Assembly (NCBI RefSeq): GCF_046119375.1
Contig: NW_027362772.1
Location: 151,280,001-151,344,000, forward strand
Source of the DNA: Phyllobates terribilis
Taxonomy: Eukaryota
DNA length: 64,000 nt
Direction of reading: 5' to 3'
Both the position numbers and the translations under genes were made by a program. The notes beneath the pieces are model-generated. The model did not search any database, was not told the DNA's origin, and saw only the letters and a program-made list of their open reading frames with translations. The first letter of the stretch is position 1. Each line of letters begins with the position of its first letter. This document shows positions 34,204 through 47,019 of this stretch, piece by piece.

Positions 34204-35639
34204 GTGGGGCACTCCGGATGTGGATCTCATGGCCTTCAGGATGAACAGAAAGGTCCTGCAGTTCATCTCCTGGGGGTTCTCGAAGAGAAATTCCAGCGTC
34301 CAAGGCTAAAATTGCTCGCTGGAACCGGGGCGACCATCTTGGAGGCATACCGGGTTAAGAACAGAGCACCTCCCCCTGAGATTAAGGCCCTTTCTACCTG
34401 ATGCGGTGGGGGCCTCCTGGGCCATTCGCCATCGGGCATCCGCCTTACAGCTTTGCAAAGCGGCGACATGGTCTTCTATTCACACGGTCGCCAAGATCTA
34501 CAGGGTCCGGACTTACACTTAGGCAGATGCCAGCCTAGGTAGAAGAATCTTACATGTGGCAGTGGCTAGTTTTTCTAACCTGAATGGAGTTTGGGTTGTT
34601 TTCCTCCTTAGGGACCGCTTTAGGACGTCCCATGGTTTCCGATGTCTCCCAATGAAGCGATAGAAAAAAAAAATGGATTTTTGGTACTCACCGCAAAATC
34701 TGTTTCTCAAAGTCTTCATTGGGGGGGGACACAGCAACCACCCAAGCTTGACAGCACTATTAACGTTTTTTTCTATTGTTAGGGTTGGGTTTTCTAGATT
34801 TCCTTCTATGTTCTTCTTTACACGGTGGTTCTCCTACTGCTTTCTCACTAACTGATTAACTTAATGCCAGTCGGTGGGTGTACACTGCTGGAGAGGAGCC
34901 AATTCTTTTGTGCATAGTGTCAGCAGCATACACTCATGGTTACCTGTGTCCCCCAATGAAGGCTCAGAGAAACAGATTTTATGGTGAGTACCAAAAAGTA
35001 TATTCCAGAATATTACCTGTTTTATCTGAAAAACGTGTATGGGTGAGCCATCGCACTATGGATAGCGTATTACACGGATACAGCCAGGGATCATTGCCTT
35101 ATACTGTGTGCTGCTGCAAAAAAATAATATTCCCTATTGATACTGCTGGGTATGTACACGTTTAGCATTTGAAGCAGGTTTTTCTACTAGGAAAAAACAC
35201 GCTTAGTTTTCGCATGCACTTTTTCCACCATTTATTTGAATGGGTAATAAATGCTGCAAAAACACTGAAAGAATTGACACATTGAAGATTTCTAAAAAAA
35301 AAAAAAAAAAAAAATGCTTTGAAGGTTTAAATCTGCCAGGAAAAAAATAAGCAGCGTGTGCAGATTTCAGAAACCTCATTCACTTTGCTGGTACTTTAAA
35401 ATGCTGCATTTTTTTCCATGGGAAAATAAACAATGTGTGCACAAGCCCTAATTCCTTCAGTAATACTTCACGGCAATTTTTTCTTCCGTATCTAGTTATA
35501 TATAGACTCTTCCTTAACACTCCAATACTATCCCAAAATTTCCAAAGCACGGTCTGGTCTGATATAGGTCACTGCGTATGTTTTCCCTTTTCTAGAATAC
35601 ATAGCAGCCTAGACAGGGAATTATCCAAGATTTTATGGA

Positions 35640-38600
35640 CCACACCAATGATAATAAATATCAATCCAATTGAACCCTAAATGAATGGCACAAAATAAAT
35701 AGTCATTGACTAAGTGGTTTTATTGGTTTTTATGTCCAAATTTCCTCCTCTTGGTGATGTCCGTGCCCTATCAATCCCCTGAAATATATGACTTTTGGGG
35801 TCACTTGTGACATACCCACTGGTGTTTTGCCAATGAAGCATCATCTCTTCTCATGATGTTAGCTATATGGACAAAAATCTTCCCGAATAGACTCATGGTT
35901 TCCCCCACATTATCCCAACCCATTGTAGCCCAACTGGATTGACATCAGGTGTTGATAGCACATGCCTAGGATATATGTTACTCCTAAATTTATCGTCGAG
36001 CATTGAACTCAACAGTTGAGGGACAGTTCCTCCGTAATCTGAGCAACTGGCCCTTGGCAAATCTTCAATTTAGAGGGAGGGGATGATGGCTTTCAGTGTT
36101 GGGAGCGGACGTCATGTAACCACAAGTATGTGTTGTCCACACCTCCGGCCACATTCAGACTAAACTTACTCTGCTTTGCTATATTCACTTGTATTGAGTG
36201 GGGCAGTGCACGTCTACTCCGCAAGTGACCGTATGCATGCAGATTGCATACTTGTGGTCACATGATCGCCTGCTCACGACACTGAAAGAATCCTGACAGC
36301 GGTTGATGCACACACTGAGGATGCAGAAGTCTGCAGTCATACAGAGTCACTGCAGACTTAATCAAACCTGGACAAACCCTTTAACTAAAACCACTGCATT
36401 AGGACTGATCACTGCCACACAGTGACCGTATAATGGTAATATCAGGTTTACACCAGCGCTGTGTAGTCCATATGTGTGTGCACTGTGCAGGTTCTCACCA
36501 GTCACTCTTGCTGACTGTTGTCATTTATTTTCTTTTTTCCTTTGCATTTGGCCCAGGCCGTCATGACTTCTTCTTCCGTCCATAATTTGTCCCTGTAAAA
36601 TATAACAGAGACATCTTTACTTTACTACTTTTCCAAAACCCTCCTCACATTCTACAACCTCTACAAAAACCACAACTTGTGCTGCCTTATAATCATTCCC
36701 GTGTCTCTTTACAGCTATACAGTAATAATGTCACTTTGTGCTACCTCCTAATAATTCCCCTGAGCCTCCTTATAAAAAGGACACTGCACCTCCTTGTAAT
36801 AATACAAACACCCCCTGTGCTTTATTATAATAATAATTATAATAATATTATTTATTATTATTATTAATAATAATGCCTCCTTGCTTCCCCATAATGATAA
36901 CGACCCCCCATTGTGCCTCCCTATAATAATGACCCTCAGTGCCTCTTTATTGTAATAATGCTCCTGAGCAGGAGCGTACATAGGACTTTTTCTATGGGAC
37001 CTGTTATTTCTATCACGTCAGAGTCAAAGAAGAGCATATCTCCCAACTTTCTAAGAAACCGAGCAGGACATGTATTGCAGCACTTACATTTATTTTCCCT
37101 CTACTAAAGCCTCTAAGTAATCTCACCCACTAATATATCTCTCATGACCCCCCGTAGATTATTATGCCCTACATATTAAGATGGTCGCCACACTCCACCC
37201 CCAATATATGGTGTGAGGTGCACCACAGACCCCTATATAAAGTATGTCCCCAGTAACCACCCCATACAGTATGAAGGTCACCACAGCCCATCACATAGTA
37301 CTGTATAATGTACCCCATATTACCTCCACGCCATATAATGTCCAGCACAGCCCCTACACACTATGAAGATCTCCCACAGATCCCTATATAGGATGATGAT
37401 CCTCCAACAACCCCCATATAGTATGATGGCCCCACAAACAGCACCCTATATAGTATGGTGGTCCACCCCACAACCCCAACTATGATAGTCCCCCAAAAAG
37501 GAACATATATGTATTGTGTTCCCTCAAACAGGCCCCTACACAATACAATGCCCCCCCCCCCCCCCAACAGCACCTACATAGTGTAATGGTCCCACCAAAC
37601 ATTCCCTTATAGTATGATGGCCCCCCCCCCCCAGCTCCCAAAAATACTTCTAACTTACCTAATCTTTGCTCCTCGTCCTCTGCAGCGACCGTCTACTGTT
37701 CTGTGCCGTCTCTCAGTGGACACTGACTGTGCGATGCAGTGATGTCATTGCACCGCAGACGTCACCAGCGTGCAAAGGCTTTTGCCAGAAGGGATGCCGG
37801 TGGCCTGTCTGAGTAAGTGACAGAGCCTGCAGCTCTGTGCTCAGTCACAATGGTTGATAATAGTATCCTGATAGGACGCCAACAGAGCACAGGCATTTAC
37901 CTGAACTGCCAGATGGCCAGTTCGGCCCTGGCTATTGGCATCTAGGGGCTTCCTAAAAAATAAAAATAAAAAAAAAAAACTGTTGTTGTCAAATAACCTA
38001 ACAGCGATTAACCAATCGAAGAAGGGGGGTGGGGGGGGGAATATAAAAAAAAAAAAACACCAATTATGCGACACTAGTCCCTACTCACGGACAAGTGAGG
38101 CTGGGTAGTCAAGAGGTCCTGGGTTTGATACCAAGAGGGCTCGTCATAAACAAAAGGGGTAAGGCGAAGGCGTAGTCAGGTCATAGTCCAAGGTCAGTAT
38201 TCCGGGAAGGTAGCCGATCACAACAAAAGGGCAAGGCAAACGGATAGTTAAAGGCAAGGTCCAAACTTGGCAACAAATATCAAATACAGGAACACAGAGA
38301 ACAGAGCAAGTGCACACCATTGGAGCAAAGCTACAACTGGCACTAATTAGAGGCAGAGAGCCAGCTAATCACTCGAATAGCAGACACATGGAGGGAGCTC
38401 CAGCACGTCACAGCCCTGACTGGATGGCTGAATTTTCCACCATACCGACAGTTCAGTATGACCGAGCCTCAGATTGGACGGCTGAACTGCCAGTCACAAT
38501 ACTGACAGCTCAGCACGCCCCTGTCCTAGATAATTGGATGGCTGAACTGTCACTCACCGCGTCCAGACACAGATAGGCGGAATCGTGACAGATTTCTCAA

Positions 38601-39660
38601 TTATCTCTGAAGTGAATTTGGGAACCATTTCATTCACATTCAACTGTTCCAAAAAGTCATTCAATAACTTAATTGTAGTAGTCCAAAGGATCAGGACATC
38701 ATCTATGTACCTGGGCCGTAAGCACATAGACAATCCAATGCCTCAGTAAAGAGCACAAACCCCTCTCACCAACCCCAGAGTAGATTTCTACATACAGCAG
38801 GGCACACATTCTCCCCATCAGAATGTCCTTTAGCTCATAGAAGAACCTTCCATTAAATAGGAAGACGTTACCATTGAGGAATAAAATTTAAGAAGGAATT
38901 GGACCAATGCAAAATGTTTCTTGAGGTACCTGACTCTCATACCAAGAGAATACACAGTCCCTTTTCATAAGGCATAGATCTCTATAGTCTTCAATATGTC
39001 CTAGAACATCCCTGACATAAGAGGAAAGATAGCACAAAACAGCACCAAAGTACTAATCCCTATGCAAAAAACAGTGGGGTGACCCTTTATGATTATTCAA
39101 CAGTCATCGATGTTGGGTAAGCAATAAAAAGTCACAGTTTGGGGGTAATTAGTATTTAGTAATGTTATTATATCTCCTTACTTCTACGTCTGGCTCACCA
39201 CTTGTGGGGTCTTTTCCTCACCATTGTTGTATCACAGTCTGAGGAGTTAATTTCTGATTTGAGAATTTAAGTAACAGTGTGGGGGATCCAACGCCCACCA
39301 TACATCTTAAATATGTGCCAGCCAATTGTTTGGCCAGAAGCTCTCTCTCCTATATACAAGAACGAAAGTTCTGTATGAAAGAGCCACCGCTAGACTCTTG
39401 GCAGGGGCTTCCTTCCGGGAAAAGAAAAAGTATTGGCAGTCCTAAATCTGAGACTCTGGATCCTTATCCCCCTCAACACCATCTGTCTGGTGCCCCCGTA
39501 TACACATTAGATTGTCAACTGAACACAGCAATATCATTTATGGGGGGGGGGGGGCTTTTCTCTCATGGCAGGTACAGTTGGTATTTTAAGTCCCTTAGGG
39601 ACCATCTTTCTTCCATAGATCTAGCACCTCACAGTCTCTGCTTTTCATTGTAATTTGTTT
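35640..39660 (-). mobile_element. Penelope-like retroelement, fragmented by later insertions
   Basis: Minus-strand RYIDDVLILWTTTIKLLNDFLEQLN..PKFTSEI at about 38590-38712 (RT), KGQLLRLRRNC near 36030-36065, FRGIDRARTSPRGGNLDIK near 35735-35790 (GIY-YIG C-terminus), KMVPKGLKI near 39585-39612. Confidence 0.65.
38068..38590. mobile_element. Truncated solo LTR inserted in the Penelope RT
   Basis: Ends in ...AATCGTGACA exactly where the Penelope RT frame stops; three internal ~60-bp repeats containing TGGATGGCTGAA. Left boundary approximate. Confidence 0.5.
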
Positions 39661-40849
39661 AGATGCTACTTGCATGGAGATGGGTTGTGTGGTCACTGGC
39701 ACTCTACTTTCTGAGCTACTTGTCTATTATTCCCATCTGGAAACCTTCCATCGGCCCGATAAATAGAAGATCTATTAGAGGTCTGAAGTATAAAAAGGGA
39801 ATGCATCAGAATTCTTTAAAATCAGGTTTTAATGTATTTATTTTGGTAATTTTTTTTATTGTTCATGTAGCAATTTGTATTGAAAATGAAATTAGAAATC
39901 TTGTAATTTTCACAGTGCCCATTAGGTTTTTTTTTTTTAGTTTGTAACTTCTTGTTTCAGGAAACAACACATGTACATAGCCATAAAGGTCAGACCATTT
40001 GTAGAGGTTTCCTTTAAGTAGTAGATAAAGATGCTACCTCCTCATCGGCCGTTTGACTGTGCCATACCTCTTCTACCAAGTAGTGAACCACACACATGGA
40101 GAATTTATCCTCTTTCTCTTCCTGACATGGAAGTGATGTCTGCGTAAATAAAAGATAATCTGGAAGGGGAGAGAACTCGGAAGTCTATATCTCTATCCGA
40201 TGCAGTTTTTTTCTTTGTAAAGAAGACTATGGATTGGGCTATCGAGCTTTGGCAAAATCTCCTTGAAGGAGTTAAGTTTCTTGTGAACATCTAAAAGACC
40301 ATCAAAATCTGGACTATCTTCAGGCAGCTCAATGGTCATTCTTCTTTTCGCAGTTTGATTTCATCTTACCTACCTTTCAGTCAGAAATAAAACAGATGCT
40401 CTTTCCAGATCCTTTGATCTAATTAATGCCTCTGAAGGCGCACCCTTATATGTAATTGAAGAGGGACATATCCTTTCTTCTAATTCTCCACCTAAAGGAT
40501 GTTCTCCCGTATCAAAAGCACTTTGCCAGAAGTCTTAATCTGGGGCACATGTGAAAAAACAGTACTCTTGTCCAGCACTCAATCTCCAAATTTTCCAGTC
40601 CCCCTTCAGCTCTTCCCATTTGACAACAAAGCTTGGGCTGAACCTTCTATGGACTTAGTTCTAGATCTTCCAAAAAGTCCTGTTTTGTTCCATTTCCTGG
40701 ACTTCCATCAGCTCCACAGCTGACCCAATTATGCTCAAATAAATTGTCCAGTTCTGGTGTGCAATTTGTTTACATGGGAACTCTACAAGAATCTAAAAAA
40801 TTAAGTCTTTTCCTTGCCTTTCATCCCCAAAGTAAAGGCAGACATGTCT

Positions 40850-40940
40850 GAGATGGTTTAGTGAATCTTCATTGAGCAGAGGATTGGACATGATGACCCT
40901 GGAGGTCCCTTCCAACTCTAACATTCTAGGATTGTATGAC
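40850..40940 (+). mobile_element. CR1 LINE 3' end fragment
   Basis: GGATTGGACATGATGACCCTGGAGGTCCCTTCCAACTCTAACATTCTAGGATT resembles the CR1 3' stem-loop and ATTCTRTG tail. Confidence 0.7.
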
Positions 40941-43019
40941 AAACTGAAAGAATCAGTCTATGGAGCAATAGCTACCTTATCTCTTGTTTCCCATGAAGTT
41001 AATTGGCCAGATTTGCTTCCCTAAGCCGAATTTACCCATAACAACTTTGAGTTTTCTGGAAAATCTCCCTTTGTCACGGTTTATGGTCGAAAGCCTCCAA
41101 AGGCCTGATTCATCAAAGCTTTCACGCCAGAATTGTGGTGTAAATTTTGTGACTTTTCAAAGCATTTAACTTGGAGTTGCCCCTAAATTTTGCGACTTTT
41201 GGCATTTTCACGGCAGTTTCGCCCAGCTCTCACTGGACTGAGATTTCCTGAAAACGTGACCTGTTGGTGGGCCTTGAGGACTGGAGTTGGGGAACCCTGA
41301 TCTAGGTAACTAATAAAATATGGCTCTGCTGCTATTAACCATATCCTTGCTGCAAGTTCCTGATTGAATATGAATCTCTCTGCTATTAACTATATCCATG
41401 CTGCAAGTTCTGAACTGCATATACGTCTTAGTTGTAACTATCCTCCAACAGCTCCTATGCGACTATCCTCCAGCAGCATGGACGGTTTCCAGCTTCACTT
41501 GCCCATCGGCTGGCCCAGTGCTTGCTGATCCACATTCTCTCTTTTTCTGCTCCATCACTGTGCTGCTCACCTTGATCTGTGGCTTAGAAAATCCTCCTTA
41601 CCAGGCAAGCTCTTGACGCCACCACTTATGTTGTACATCAAAGCACAAAGCCTGCAGCACATTCAATCATAAATTCCATTATCATAAAGAAGTAGTGCCT
41701 AGATTAATTTGCAAAACACTAGGAAACATAGAACTTTATGTAACAAGTCAGAACATACCTCAGTGAGCCAGTAACTTCCCTGGTTCAATACAACAATACA
41801 GTTCAGTGATGCATCTTTTTGTGAGGGGGTGTGGAGGAACTTTTCAGGTCAACACCCTTACATAAAGAAAGACGCATTTACACTGCCATATTAGCAGGTC
41901 ATATGAGGACAGTATACATTTTGTTATGTAGTCATCCAAGTCCTGATTCTTTACAAAACTGATATAAACTTTTAGTCATTTATACAAAAAACATGCAAAT
42001 GGTCTCATTAAAGAGGACTAGAACTCTAGCACATCTAGACTTCTAGTCCTCTTCCTCTCTCAAGTGGCAATTTGCATATTTATATTCCCAGAGGAGCATG
42101 CATGACTTATAAAAGTCTCCTTACTCTGACATGCCAGGCTAGGCATGTCACTCTCCACAAAGAGTCTATCTAATGGAAATGTCCAATTTCACACTTTGTT
42201 TTTTTTGCCATGATTGTCTGAAATTGTGCCGAGAAAACAATTTCCACCATCTGTGAAACTCAAGTATCTAACCGCTTCCTCCCGGCTGTCTTCTTCCATA
42301 GACCATCCTGGTGCCATCAGTTTCCAAACGAAAGACACACAAACATCCGAGTGGCCACATGATACAAAAAGGAAGTGTTATTTATTAAACAAGACCACCT
42401 TCTTCCATTGCTCCATTTTCCTGTCCTTTGTAAGTGCTCGAAAAAGACATTGGTCAGCATGGGTGCTACACAACAATTTGTGCTACAGAAGTTCTGTGTG
42501 ATCGAGCCAGATGGACTGTTTAACATGAGCCAGGATCTAAAGTTTTATTGGCTGCAATATACCTGTATTGTGATATTAGTGTCCATTATCACTTTAACAC
42601 CACAATATGTCACTGTGTGCATGACTTAGAAGATATCTTTACCAAAGTTTATCACTGTACTGGGAAAGAACGGTGAACATTATAGGAAGACTTGTCAGAG
42701 AGGCATCATGGACTCACTTGTTACTGAGACTGGTCATAGTACCGCCGGACCATGAACAAAACTAAATTTACATCAGTTCTTCGAAATCCAAGTAATTGGG
42801 TGATCTTGCGGGGCGCGGTGAATGGACAGAAACCATGGGTCGGCTCCCAGGTGAGAGCAGAAATGTATAGAACAATAGCTTCCAGCAAACACAATTAAAA
42901 CTTAATTTATTGACTTTCTCTTAAAATAAAAAAGGGGGTTTAAAATAGAAACACTTGGCCTATGCGTTCCGAGCCCTAAGACATTTAATCATAGGTTTAA
43001 AATAGAAACACTTGGCCTA

Positions 43020-43574
43020 TGTCACGGGTGTGTCAGAGGTGACAGACAGTCGCCCTGCAGTGGGTTGCAGGAGATCTCTATGTTTGGCATAGCAGACAGC
43101 TTCTTAGATAAGAGGCTGTCTTTAAGACCGAGCAGCTACCTCTCTCTTGCTAATTAGCTCTCTGGCCTGGGTGTATATATACCTAGTGTATCTGAGAGGG
43201 AGTCAACGGTTATATTCATTTCTACTTGTGAAGTTTAGCAGGATCAGTACTTTGTCCTCTCTGGAGCTTGAGGCCGTGTGCACACTTGGAGTTCATCTAA
43301 AGCTAAGCCATTTCCCCTGTTTTGTCTACCCTTGTTGTCTATAGAGTTTAGTGGAGGTTCACTAGTGCTCATCACCTCCCATCCCTAGCCATACGCCAGG
43401 GAGAGCAGGGCGAGGCACGCGTGCGGCGATTGCTGAAGAGGCAATATAGGGACGGTAGTTGAGACAGGGTGATGCCAGATCAGACTAGGAGGTCTCCACT
43501 TCCTCCTTACCCTAGTGTCTGGGCTCCCTTTCCCCTCTGTGTTGCACTAAGTCTTTCCCACACCTGGCGTGACA
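43020..43574. mobile_element. Solo LTR
   Basis: TGTCACGGGTGTGTC ... GGCGTGACA; near-TSD GCCTA / GCCTG. Confidence 0.75.
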
Positions 43575-43906
43575 GCCTGTGTGTGTAGAACCCGATTAGG
43601 GTTCTTAGGGCTCGAAACGCGTAGGTCAAGTGTTTCTTTTTTTAAACCCCCCTTTTTTCTATTTCAAAAGCCAATAAACTAAGTCTTAATATATTTTTTC
43701 ATCGCGGTTGCAGGAGCCTGTTGTTCTATAGTCCTGCCGGATGTCATGTATCTACAAAACTCCATCCTGTATTACCAAATTGTGCAGTTGAGACACGAGC
43801 AAACTCAGAACTTACAATTTTGAATGAAAACAAGACAGGAGATCTTTGCTTGAAAGATACTAATCTAATAGAATGGTGGAAAGTTTTGAAAGCTGAATGT
43901 ATAAAT

Positions 43907-44170
43907 GGGCAGCATGGTGGCTCAGTGGTTACCACTGTATGGTGGCTCAGTGGTTAGCACTATTAGTTTGCAGGGCCTGGGATCAAATCCCACCAAGGTC
44001 AACATCTGCGCGGAGTTTGCGTGAGTTTCCTCCGGGTTCTCCAGTTTCCTCCCAGACTCCAAAGACATACCGATAGGGAATGTAGATTGTGAGCCCCAAT
44101 GGGGACAATGATGATAATGTCTAAAGCACTGTGAAATTACTGGTTCTATATAAGTGAGAAAAATAAATTA
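43907..44170 (+). mobile_element. tRNA-derived V-SINE-like element with duplicated A-box
   Basis: Homologous to 17947-18210; ATGGTGGCTCAGTGGTTA occurs twice in tandem at the 5' end. Confidence 0.82.
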
Positions 44171-44471
44171 ATATAAACTGTACATATAATACTAAACCCT
44201 ACTACTGACAAATCCCAACTATTAAGAGTTGTCTCACCATACAAAACTCCTTTCAAAAAGCGGATCCTGCTCCTAGAAAGCAGACTATTTGGGGGGAAGC
44301 CGTGACCAGCCAGAAACTTGCAATATGTAATTTAAGGACAGCTCGAGTCAGCCAAAACAGTAGATTCTTATAGTTGGACGTCACCAGCATGGATTCCTCT
44401 TCTGTAAAATCTATATGCCCCAATAGGCGACCTCTAAAGTAGCGTCTCCCCAAACTCCAGTCCTCACGGAC

Positions 44472-44985
44472 TGTCACGGGTGTGTCGTTAGGTGTGACAG
44501 ACAGTCGCTCTGGAGCCAGCTGCAGAAAGTCACTGCTCTTGGCATTGCAGACGCCATCTTGATCCTCTCATCTCTTTGGTATTGTTGTATCCTTCTTCCT
44601 TTAGGACCCAGCAGCTACCTCCACCTTCTGCTGCCGATTGACACACCCTTGCTTGGTAGTTAAAAATTCTTAGTTTCTCCAGAGAGGCGCAGGTGATAGT
44701 TCTATGTACCTCTGTGTTAGCTTGGAGCACTAGCAGATGGCTACTTTCTTTTCTGGTACCCTTGGAGGACAGTTGGCATTATCTCTCTGTTGTCTGCTCA
44801 AGCTAAATGTATCCCCTTTGATTGTCTACCTTATTGTCTTTAGTTTGTAGTGGGGCCTGACTAGTGTTCACCCTGTCCCCTCCCCATCTAGGGCCTAGCT
44901 CTAGAGACATTCAGGGCTTAGGTTCCTGCTCGGCGATAAGTGCAGAACCTATATAGGAACGATAGGGTAGTCAGGGTGATATTAG
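44472..44985. mobile_element. Second LTR of the 43020 family, 3' end eroded
   Basis: Starts TGTCACGGGTGTGTC..GTGACAGACAGTCGC and shares internal blocks (GCAGCTACC, TCCCCT.TG.TTGTCTACC) with 43020-43574. Confidence 0.6.
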
Positions 44986-46692
44986 CTCTTATCAGGGCTC
45001 CTTCTATTTGTACTAAAAGGCTATTAATTGTATTTATTGTTTTTATTAATACTATTAATTTTATATTATACTATTATATTAAACTATTTTATATTGTTTT
45101 TATTAATACTATATTATTATTGTAGCCCCCTTGATACATGAAGAACAAGTTACTACACCACAGGTCACTTAACAAAAGTTGTCCAGTGAAAATTATGGAA
45201 CGCCTTTGAAACGTTCAGGGCTGGAAAGATAGATTTATGTATTTCATGACATTTTGGACAAGTGATAAGCACTAATTTAATCCCATATCCTTGTGTACAT
45301 CCACTGCATTTACAGCCCCCCTCAATGTTATTCCAAGGTCCTAATAATCCTTATATTATCCATTGATTACATTCTTTCTACTATTAGACCCACGCATCGT
45401 CCTATCATACAAGGCCTTTGACTCTCTGCTCTTGTAGGTTGTACAAATGGAAAATGTGATTTTATTTTATTTTTTTTTACATTTTTAATATATTTTTATG
45501 TATTTTAACAATTTTTATTTTGCTTTCTTTGGGATTTATAACTTCAGATTGATTGCTCGTGATAATACTTATTGCAGTGTATAATGCTCGTCAGCTGGGT
45601 TTAGTAAGAGGACTAAGATGGCAGCTAAGGGGTCCACAACGCTATTGACTGCGGCATCCGAGGCCTCATTTACACATTATTTTTACGTACAAGAAATTAA
45701 AGTGAACACTTTAATATATTAGCAGCTGTTTTTGGGTCCATTTGTCCATAGTATAAAAAAATAATATAGAATTTTCCCAAGTTACACATCTATCCCGGGC
45801 TCCGCTACCCGCTGTTGTGCTCCACGTCAGATTTTGCAGGTTGCCAGGCATGGACCAATGACATTATCTCCCTAGACCTATTTAAGGTCCTTTGACAGAC
45901 ACTTTCTGAAACATCGCGGTATTACAGACAAAAAATGGCTTAAAAAGCCGGCCATGGACTAAAGGGAGAGACCTGACTAGTCCGGCACAGCAAGACCAGT
46001 CACATGGGAGAGACCTGTCAGTCACTTAGAAACCGGCCAATGGTGGTACCAGACTAGTCAGGTCTCTATATACAGTGAGCTTACTGATGGATTCTCAGTT
46101 AACTCATTCTGCAGCCAGCAATACAGTGCAATGCAGAAGCTGGAGAAAGCAAATGGTGCAATATTTTTAATGACACCCAATTACAAAAATGATTATCAAC
46201 CCCAAATACATACAAAGGGGGCATTTTTACTAAAAATGTAAGAAGATCACTACAACTTTGGGGCACAAAAGAAGCCATTATTCCCGCTTGGGCACCATCT
46301 ACTGGTCAGTATTATTGTTTTTTTGTAATGGCCCCAATTTACCAAGAGCTTTTTGCCAAAATTCAGGAGTAAAATGTTGCAAAACTCTTAAGCAAAGCAA
46401 AGTTGTGCAAAAACGTTGCCACTTTTGGCATTTACTCCAGTCCCGGCCCAGTCCTGCCATAGCGGTCGGAACTTGAATAAAGCGGGGCGTGGCGAAGCCC
46501 TCCTGGCAAAATGATAATTAATGCCAAAGTTGTGGAATTTACGCTAGAAATGTGCATCCCCCCCCCCCTCCGGACTGCAGCGACATTTCTGGCAGAGGAG
46601 TAAGGCAATTGTACATTGAGCCAATTCATTCAGAGGCGTCTTAAGGAATCTTCAGAACTGGCATCTAGCACCAAACAGCGTGATATTGTTCC

Positions 46693-46722
46693 GCAGTACT
46701 GGCGTCTACCACTAGATGGCGG
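46693..46722 (+). promoter_or_regulatory. CTCF-like site with upstream module
   Basis: Core CCACTAGATGGCGG 46709-46722 preceded by GCAGTAC at 46693-46699. Confidence 0.55.
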
Positions 46723-47019
46723 TGATAGGTAGTCGGCAGGGCTGGTGTACACTATGCCGGTGATGTTGATCTGTAGGGCTGGTGTACACTACATGGCAGA
46801 GATACCGGTGTGCAGGGCTGGTGTACACTGTATGGCCGAGATAACGGTGTGCACCATATGGGGGTGATATCGGTGTGCAGGGCATGCTGGAAGAAGTAAT
46901 TGGCAGCACAGTTTTCACTTATTCAAGGAAAGGACAGCACATAGGTTTTATTTCTCCAGCGATATCGCAGAAGATCGCATCCCGCCGATCTGATCGCTGA
47001 GCATTCCCGCCTTTGCGTT

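Larger units (their letters stand above)
25048..34997 (+). mobile_element. DIRS-type (tyrosine recombinase) retrotransposon, degenerate, interrupted by a Gypsy element
   Basis: Inverted termini (CTTCATTGGGGGACACAGG / CCTGTGTCCCCCAATGAAG) and ICR at about 34629-34735. Gag-like region 26191-27410. RT motifs EVVSSGYKIEF, PILDLKLLNK, FRMESL, PYLDD at 27750-28215; RNase H TTDAN..WGA at 28667; MT motif WGTPDVDLMA at 34205; YR C-terminus AATWSSIHTVAKIYR near 34460-34505. Confidence 0.9.

Noticed and set aside
25196-34855. Numerous 60-180-aa ORFs on both strands
   Set aside because: Fragments or antisense shadows of the DIRS and Gypsy coding regions, not independent genes.
36700-37630. Loose ~35-bp repeats (CCCC..ATAGTATGATGG) and ATA/TAT microsatellite
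   Set aside because: Typical subterminal low-complexity tracts of non-autonomous DNA transposons; no distinct structure.
39980-42900. Possible L1/Tx1 LINE remnants on the minus strand (also 44250-44465)
   Set aside because: Composition suggests decayed LINE coding sequence, but I could not read a diagnostic motif with confidence; needs TBLASTN.
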